DNA of 32,000 nucleotides from Xylella taiwanensis (GTDB lineage Bacteria; Pseudomonadota; Gammaproteobacteria; Xanthomonadales; Xanthomonadaceae): NCBI RefSeq assembly GCF_013177435.1, contig NZ_CP053627.1, positions 2,070,001 to 2,102,000 of the forward strand, read 5' to 3'. Shown piece by piece: positions 27,781 to 32,000 of this stretch (position 1 is its first letter; each line of letters starts with the position of its first letter). The notes under the pieces were generated by a model. It saw only the letters and a program-made list of their open reading frames with translations, ran no database searches and was not told where the DNA came from. The position numbers and the translations under genes were made by a program.

Positions 27781-28000
27781 AGGACACGTGCCCGACGGCC
27801 CCCTCAGGACACAATCGTCACCTTTCCATATACCTTAATGCAATTGCTTGACTCGCCACCTCTGCACGCGAACCCAGCCCGCCACACCGAGGCAACCTGG
27901 GTCTATTTCGATTCCTTTGATACACCAGCATCAGCCAAAGCACTGTTCCTTCTGCTCATACAGTCAATGGAACGATCTTCCACAGTGCTTTATCTATGAT

Positions 28001-28028
28001 CGGATCACTCCATAAACACAGTGATCCG
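28001..28028. repeat. Perfect 9-bp inverted repeat (hairpin) in the convergent ygjP-like/hemH spacer
   Basis: cggatcact-(10 nt)-agtgatccg. A second 10-bp inverted pair, aaagcactgt (27937-27946) and acagtgcttt (27982-27991), lies just upstream. There are no flanking T or A runs. Confidence 0.5.
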
Positions 28029-28110
28029 TCGCAACACCAATGTGCTGAAAAGTAAACATTGCCTACAATGCACTGCACCAAACTCCAATGTGTAGAAAAC
28101 AATGATGCAC

Positions 28111-29073
28111 TTACATCACCGCACGTTGCGCCAGTCCAGCCAGCACCTGTACATGTGCCGGGTCATCATTGAGACAAGGAATGTAGTGCATCGTTGCACC
28201 ACGCGCTGCCAGAGTTTCTGCAAAACCCAACGCCACCTCCTCCAGTGTCTCCAAGCAATCGACAGCAAAACCCGGGCAGACGAGATCGAAGCTACGTACA
28301 CCAGACTCGGCAAGCGCCCACAACGTTGGCTCAGCATATGGTTGCAACCAACGTTCAGCGCCAAAGCGTGACTGATAACCGAGCAGCCACTCACTTGCAC
28401 TCAAATCCAACGCTGAGGCAATCAAGGACGCACTGACCTGGCAGCGCTGCGGATAGGGATCACCGTCGTCAGCCACGCGCTGTGGCAGTCCATGGAAAGA
28501 GAACATCAGCTTCTCACTGCGACCGTGCGCTTGCCAATGCCTGCGAATCGAAGCAGCCACCGCGGCAACCCAAGTTGGCTCCTCGGCATAGTCTCGAATG
28601 AATTCGACCTGTACCTGCGGAGTACGCTTACACCAAACTTCAACCAAGTCCTGCACCGAGGCCGTGGTAGTGGTCGAATACTGAGGATACAGCGGTAATA
28701 CCACGATCCGGCGTACATGCTGCGCATGCAGCGCATCTAGCGCCTTGGTGAAGGCAGGGACACCGTAGCGCATCGCCCAGACCACACGCCAATCAGGCAG
28801 ATGTTGCATGAGCCCCTCGGCAAGGCGACGAGTATACACACTCAGCGGAGACCCTTCCTGCAACCAAACTTTGGCGTACTTCTTGGCTGAGCGCGGGCTG
28901 CGAATCGGCAAGATCACCATGTGCAGTAATGGCTTCCAAAACAACGGTGGAATCGAGACCACACGGCGATCACTTAGGAATTCGGCCAGATAGCGGCGCA
29001 CCCCCGACGCAGTGGCCGCTTCCGGGGTACCGAGATTGACAATCAACAGAGCAGTATCGGAAGTGTGATTCAT
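28111..29073 (-). CDS. hemH: Ferrochelatase
   Basis: 320 aa from ATG 29073 ([18 protein letters not shown]...), the same length as E. coli Hem[31 protein letters not shown] and a CLETLEE-type C-terminal block. The track ORF begins at an upstream TTG (29115). Confidence 0.93.
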   Translation of the reverse strand: MNHTSDTALLIVNLGTPEAATASGVRRYLAEFLSDRRVVSIPPLFWKPLLHMVILPIRSPRSAKKYAKVWLQEGSPLSVYTRRLAEGLMQHLPDWRVVWAMRYGVPAFTKALDALHAQHVRRIVVLPLYPQYSTTTTASVQDLVEVWCKRTPQVQVEFIRDYAEEPTWVAAVAASIRRHWQAHGRSEKLMFSFHGLPQRVADDGDPYPQRCQVSASLIASALDLSASEWLLGYQSRFGAERWLQPYAEPTLWALAESGVRSFDLVCPGFAVDCLETLEEVALGFAETLAARGATMHYIPCLNDDPAHVQVLAGLAQRAVM

Positions 29074-29241
29074 ACGTGTTATTGTGACTAAATGGAACCT
29101 CGCTTCCGGATGCAAATGAGCTGATCATACCGATAAAGGGAGCACAGCCGCACTCATTACCGATTCACCATACTCATAACAGTTTGAGTTGCAATTAAGG
29201 GTTGACAATTCGCGCCCGAACCACTTCTGGAGTCTGCTACC

Positions 29242-30135
29242 ATGCCTCGCTTGCCATACTTAACCATGTTGCTGTCGCTTGCTCTTGCTGCTGGCCACGC
29301 ATTCGCCGGACCTGAAGAAGACCAGCGCGCCCGCAATGCGCAACGCGTGCTGAGCGAGCTTCAGAAGATCCCAGAGCAAACGATTCCCGACAAACTGCTC
29401 GAAGAAGCACGTGCGATCGTTATCATCCCCGATATGCTCAAGGTGGGCTTTGTCATTGGCGGGCGCTACGGCCAAGGCCTGATGTCAATCAAGACTCCGC
29501 AAAACACGTGGTCTCAACCGGTGTTCGTGAAAATGACCGGCGGCAGCATCGGCTTTCAAGCCGGTGTGCAATCTTCGGACGTAGTCCTCGTGTTCCGCAA
29601 TGACCGTACCCTGGATAACATCGTCAACGGCAAATTTACTCTGGGTGCAGATGCCAGCGTGGCCGCTGGTCCCGTTGGACGTAACGCGTTAGCAGCCACC
29701 GATAGCCAACTTAAAGCCGAAATCTACTCTTGGTCAGTTGCTCGCGGCTTGTTTGCTGGCATCGCTCTGGATGGAGCCGCACTGCAGATCGACGACAATG
29801 CCAACCTTGAGGTCTATGGCAACGGTGCCACTCCACGCATGATTTTCGAAGCCAGGACCGCCGAACCCCCATCCAGTGACGTGATCGCGTTCCGCGATCG
29901 CCTGGAGGAAGCCACTTATATTGCACGCAACAACCGCAATAAGACCACGAAACCCAGGACATCACACCGCGCCACGACGACCAAGCCCAGTGCACCAGTG
30001 GTAGTGACACCATCGGTCCAAGAAGCCACGACCACACCGATTAAATCCGAAGCAACCGCCTCGATCCCCGTACAGCAAGGCTTCCAGCCCGTGTCCGAAG
30101 ATGACATCCAGACCGAACCTCTCAACCACCATTGA
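29242..30135 (+). CDS. Secreted SYLF (Ysc84/DUF500) lipid-binding-domain protein with a T/P-rich C-terminal tail
   Basis: Signal peptide MPRLPYLTMLLSLALAAGHAFA. SYLF blocks AIVIIPDMLKVGFVIGGRYGQGLM, GGSIGFQAGVQSSDVVLVF, FTLGADASVAAGPVGR, YSWSVARGLFAGIALDGA. GGAG lies 9 nt upstream of the ATG. Confidence 0.8.
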   Translation: MPRLPYLTMLLSLALAAGHAFAGPEEDQRARNAQRVLSELQKIPEQTIPDKLLEEARAIVIIPDMLKVGFVIGGRYGQGLMSIKTPQNTWSQPVFVKMTGGSIGFQAGVQSSDVVLVFRNDRTLDNIVNGKFTLGADASVAAGPVGRNALAATDSQLKAEIYSWSVARGLFAGIALDGAALQIDDNANLEVYGNGATPRMIFEARTAEPPSSDVIAFRDRLEEATYIARNNRNKTTKPRTSHRATTTKPSAPVVVTPSVQEATTTPIKSEATASIPVQQGFQPVSEDDIQTEPLNHH

Positions 30136-30209
30136 ACGCCAATCCGTACAGGTATCGATATGGTTCAGGTATGCTGAAGCCCCCTTTATAAAGTCATAGT
30201 GAGTAAATC

Positions 30210-30425
30210 ATGGGCAGCTTCAGCTTCTGGCACTGGCTGGTCGTGCTGGTCATCGTACTGTTGGTGTTCGGCACCAAGCGGCTGACCAATGGTGCCAGAG
30301 ATATCGGGAACGCCATTAATGAATTTAAAAAAGGCCTACGCGAAGACGAAAAACCGACCGATCAGCTCAGCGACACCCCACAGAGCCCAGTCTCTGGGCC
30401 CCACCAGGATCGCGGTAAACACTGA
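30210..30425 (+). CDS. tatA: Twin-arginine translocase subunit TatA
   Basis: [25 protein letters not shown]... is the canonical TatA N-terminus. 71 aa. Confidence 0.93.
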   Translation: MGSFSFWHWLVVLVIVLLVFGTKRLTNGARDIGNAINEFKKGLREDEKPTDQLSDTPQSPVSGPHQDRGKH

Positions 30426-30442
30426 AACGCAGGCCGTTTGCC

Positions 30443-30865
30443 GTGTTCGATATCGGTTTTAGCGAACTACTGCTGATCGCAGTGGTCGCCCTGGTTGTTT
30501 TAGGTCCAGAACGTCTACCCAAGGCAGCCCGCTTTGCTGGTTTGTGGATGCGCCGTGCACGCGCGCAATGGGAATCAGTCAAGCAAGAGTTGGAACGGGA
30601 ATTGGAAGCCGAAGAACTGAAACGCAGCCTGCAAAATGCACAGCAGACACTACACGAAGCCCCAGCGCAGTTGCACCGGAACCAGCAAGATATGGAAATA
30701 CAGGACTCCATACTGCACGAGCAGCCAAGTCGCGACATTCATATTGATCACAACACCAACACAGTGGAACCAACCACGACCGCCCCCCATAACGTCCATG
30801 CCATTCCTCCACCACCGCCAGGCATCAGCAAGCATGGCAACTATGGTCAAGAAAAATCGCCGTGA
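30443..30865 (+). CDS. tatB: Twin-arginine translocase subunit TatB
   Basis: GTG start. MFDIGFSELLLIAVVALVVLGPERLP is the canonical TatB N-terminus, followed by an amphipathic helix and a low-complexity tail. Confidence 0.9.
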   Translation: MFDIGFSELLLIAVVALVVLGPERLPKAARFAGLWMRRARAQWESVKQELERELEAEELKRSLQNAQQTLHEAPAQLHRNQQDMEIQDSILHEQPSRDIHIDHNTNTVEPTTTAPHNVHAIPPPPPGISKHGNYGQEKSP

Positions 30866-31602
30866 CCTCGTCGGAGCATTTACAGAGCGAAAGCAGCCTC
30901 ACCGAGCATTTGATCGAGCTACGTGCACGATTGATACGGATGTTGATCGGTCTTGGTCTGGTGGTAAGCGCACTGCTGCCATTTTCAAAAGTCCTTTACA
31001 GTTGGCTGGTCACACCGATGCTCTCGCAATTACCGGCTGGACAGAGCGTGATCTCCACCCAACCTGCGGGGGTGGTGTTAGCACCATTGAAACTAACTTT
31101 CTTCCTAGGCCTGTTCATCGCCATGCCCTGGGTGTTGTACCAGGCATGGGCGTTTATCGCGCCTGGTTTGTATCAGCGCGAGAAACGGCTAGCACTCCCC
31201 TTGCTAGTCTCAGCAGTGATCCTGTTTTACATCGGTTGTGCATTCGCTTACTTCCTGGTGTTGCCCGCAGTATTCCATTTTCTAACCACGTTCAAACCAG
31301 ACGTCATCCAACTTACGCCCGACGCTGGAGCTTACCTGGACTTTGTGCTGGCGATCTTCTTCGCCTTCGGTGCCAGCTTCGAACTTCCAGTGGCCATGGT
31401 GATTCTGACAGTACTGAGTTGGGTCAAACCAACGCAACTGCGTGAAAGCCGCGGTTATGCGATCGTTGCCATCTTCATCTTGGCAGCGGTACTGACACCA
31501 CCGGATGTCGTCTCGCAACTTATGCTGGCGGTACCGATGTGCCTACTCTACGAGCTTGGCATTCTTGCCGCATGGGCAGTAACGGACTCGAAAACGGCTT
31601 GA
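30862..31602 (+). CDS. tatC: Twin-arginine translocase subunit TatC
   Basis: GTG start overlapping the tatB stop (GTGA). LTEHLIELRARLIRMLIG, a six-helix membrane protein with PGLYQREKR and LTPPDVVSQ blocks. Confidence 0.92.
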   Translation: MTSSEHLQSESSLTEHLIELRARLIRMLIGLGLVVSALLPFSKVLYSWLVTPMLSQLPAGQSVISTQPAGVVLAPLKLTFFLGLFIAMPWVLYQAWAFIAPGLYQREKRLALPLLVSAVILFYIGCAFAYFLVLPAVFHFLTTFKPDVIQLTPDAGAYLDFVLAIFFAFGASFELPVAMVILTVLSWVKPTQLRESRGYAIVAIFILAAVLTPPDVVSQLMLAVPMCLLYELGILAAWAVTDSKTA

Positions 31603-31665
31603 AGCATCGCCCCACCATTTCGGACAAGAAAAGGCAAATCCCATCGGCTCCCACAATGCACTGAC

Positions 31666-32000
31666 TTAAGCGGCAAAGACGTCCTCGCGCAGCGACGGCA
31701 ATCGCACGTGTGCAAACATCTGTTTCCAAGCCTCGTACACTGCACCGGTAAACGCCGGCATCAGCACAGTCACCAAAAACACCTGCAACAAGACTATGGT
31801 CATCAACTCGCCAAGCAATTGCCTGATCAATAACGCCACAATCATCAAGGCAAAATAAACTGCAAAAAGCGCGATAAAGGCCAGGAGGAAGAACACCAAC
31901 AACGCTGAAAAATTACGCAAGCCAGCACGCAGACTCATGTTTAAAGCATGTAAACCGTCGGCTCCGTCGAACATCACCTGCGGTAGCATCACAAACAACG
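31666..32000 (-). CDS. Integral membrane protein of unknown function, C-terminal part (5' end outside the window)
   Basis: The minus-strand frame is open to the window edge. It has two long hydrophobic helices (LLVFFLLAFIALFAVYFALMIVALLI, IVLLQVFLVTVLMPAF). I recognise no family motif. Confidence 0.5.
   Translation of the reverse strand, partial: LFVMLPQVMFDGADGLHALNMSLRAGLRNFSALLVFFLLAFIALFAVYFALMIVALLIRQLLGELMTIVLLQVFLVTVLMPAFTGAVYEAWKQMFAHVRLPSLREDVFAA

Noticed and set aside
29202-29207. A perfect TTGACA -35 hexamer upstream of the SYLF gene.
   Set aside because: No acceptable -10 element follows at 16-19 nt spacing. That position overlaps the GGAG ribosome-binding site only 9 nt from the ATG, which would leave essentially no leader.
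30636-31445. A 269-aa + strand ORF overlapping tatB/tatC in another frame. Similar long ORFs overlap well-supported genes: 9530-10009(-), 14355-14804(-), 21085-21609(-), 26439-26936(-) and 11767-12144(+).
   Set aside because: Each lies inside a gene with unmistakable family motifs in a different frame or strand. Their products are low-complexity. The scarcity of T on + and of A on - removes stop codons in all frames, so length is not evidence of coding.
1-32000. A scan for CRISPR arrays, tRNA T-loop/acceptor signatures (GGTTCGAATCC-like on either strand), rRNA, tmRNA, common riboswitch cores (TPP, FMN, c-di-GMP, fluoride) and intact IS elements.
   Set aside because: Nothing convincing turned up by eye. 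Isolated partial matches (for example gttcgaaat at about 19726) lack the complementary stems required.

Overview
This 32-kb window looks like Xanthomonadaceae chromosome. The protein N-termini and synteny resemble Xanthomonas/Xylella homologues, and the moderate GC (about 50% by eye) points to Xylella; this is an inference, not a search result. I can support 29 protein genes, 22 on + and 7 on -.

Gene content, in order:
- An iron-uptake cluster: 3' part of a TonB-dependent receptor, piuC, a PepSY-TM protein, DUF2271, DUF4198, apbE and a membrane-anchored diflavin reductase.
- An isolated comEA.
- amgK-murU.
- hda, an AI-2E transporter and DUF2066 (-), divergent from purM-purN, which are followed by two tandem DUF3108 paralogues.
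- An isolated tmk.
- An M13 lipoprotein peptidase.
- An isolated fabA.
- ttcA, rdgC, a YgjP-like metallohydrolase, hemH (-), a SYLF-domain protein, tatABC and a truncated membrane protein (-).

I found no rRNA, tRNA, CRISPR array or intact IS element.

Four things are worth a second look:
1. The receptor/piuC locus carries an embedded ApbE-dependent flavoprotein module. It has a visible flavinylation-type motif in DUF2271, an ApbE with no signal peptide, and a two-helix-anchored CysJ-like reductase. Together these look like an uncharacterised envelope electron conduit for reductive iron handling.
2. About 21% of the window is six large ORF-free islands that leave comEA, tmk and fabA stranded without their usual neighbours.
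3. The whole window has a very strong A+C excess on the + strand, regardless of gene orientation. This explains the many spurious long ORFs in the track, so ORF length is poor evidence here.
4. A patch at 23.8-25.0 kb differs in composition from the other islands. It holds a start-less XRE helix-turn-helix relic and a co-linear string of small minus-strand frames, probably a degraded acquired module.

All family assignments come from motif recognition by eye. No searches were run.
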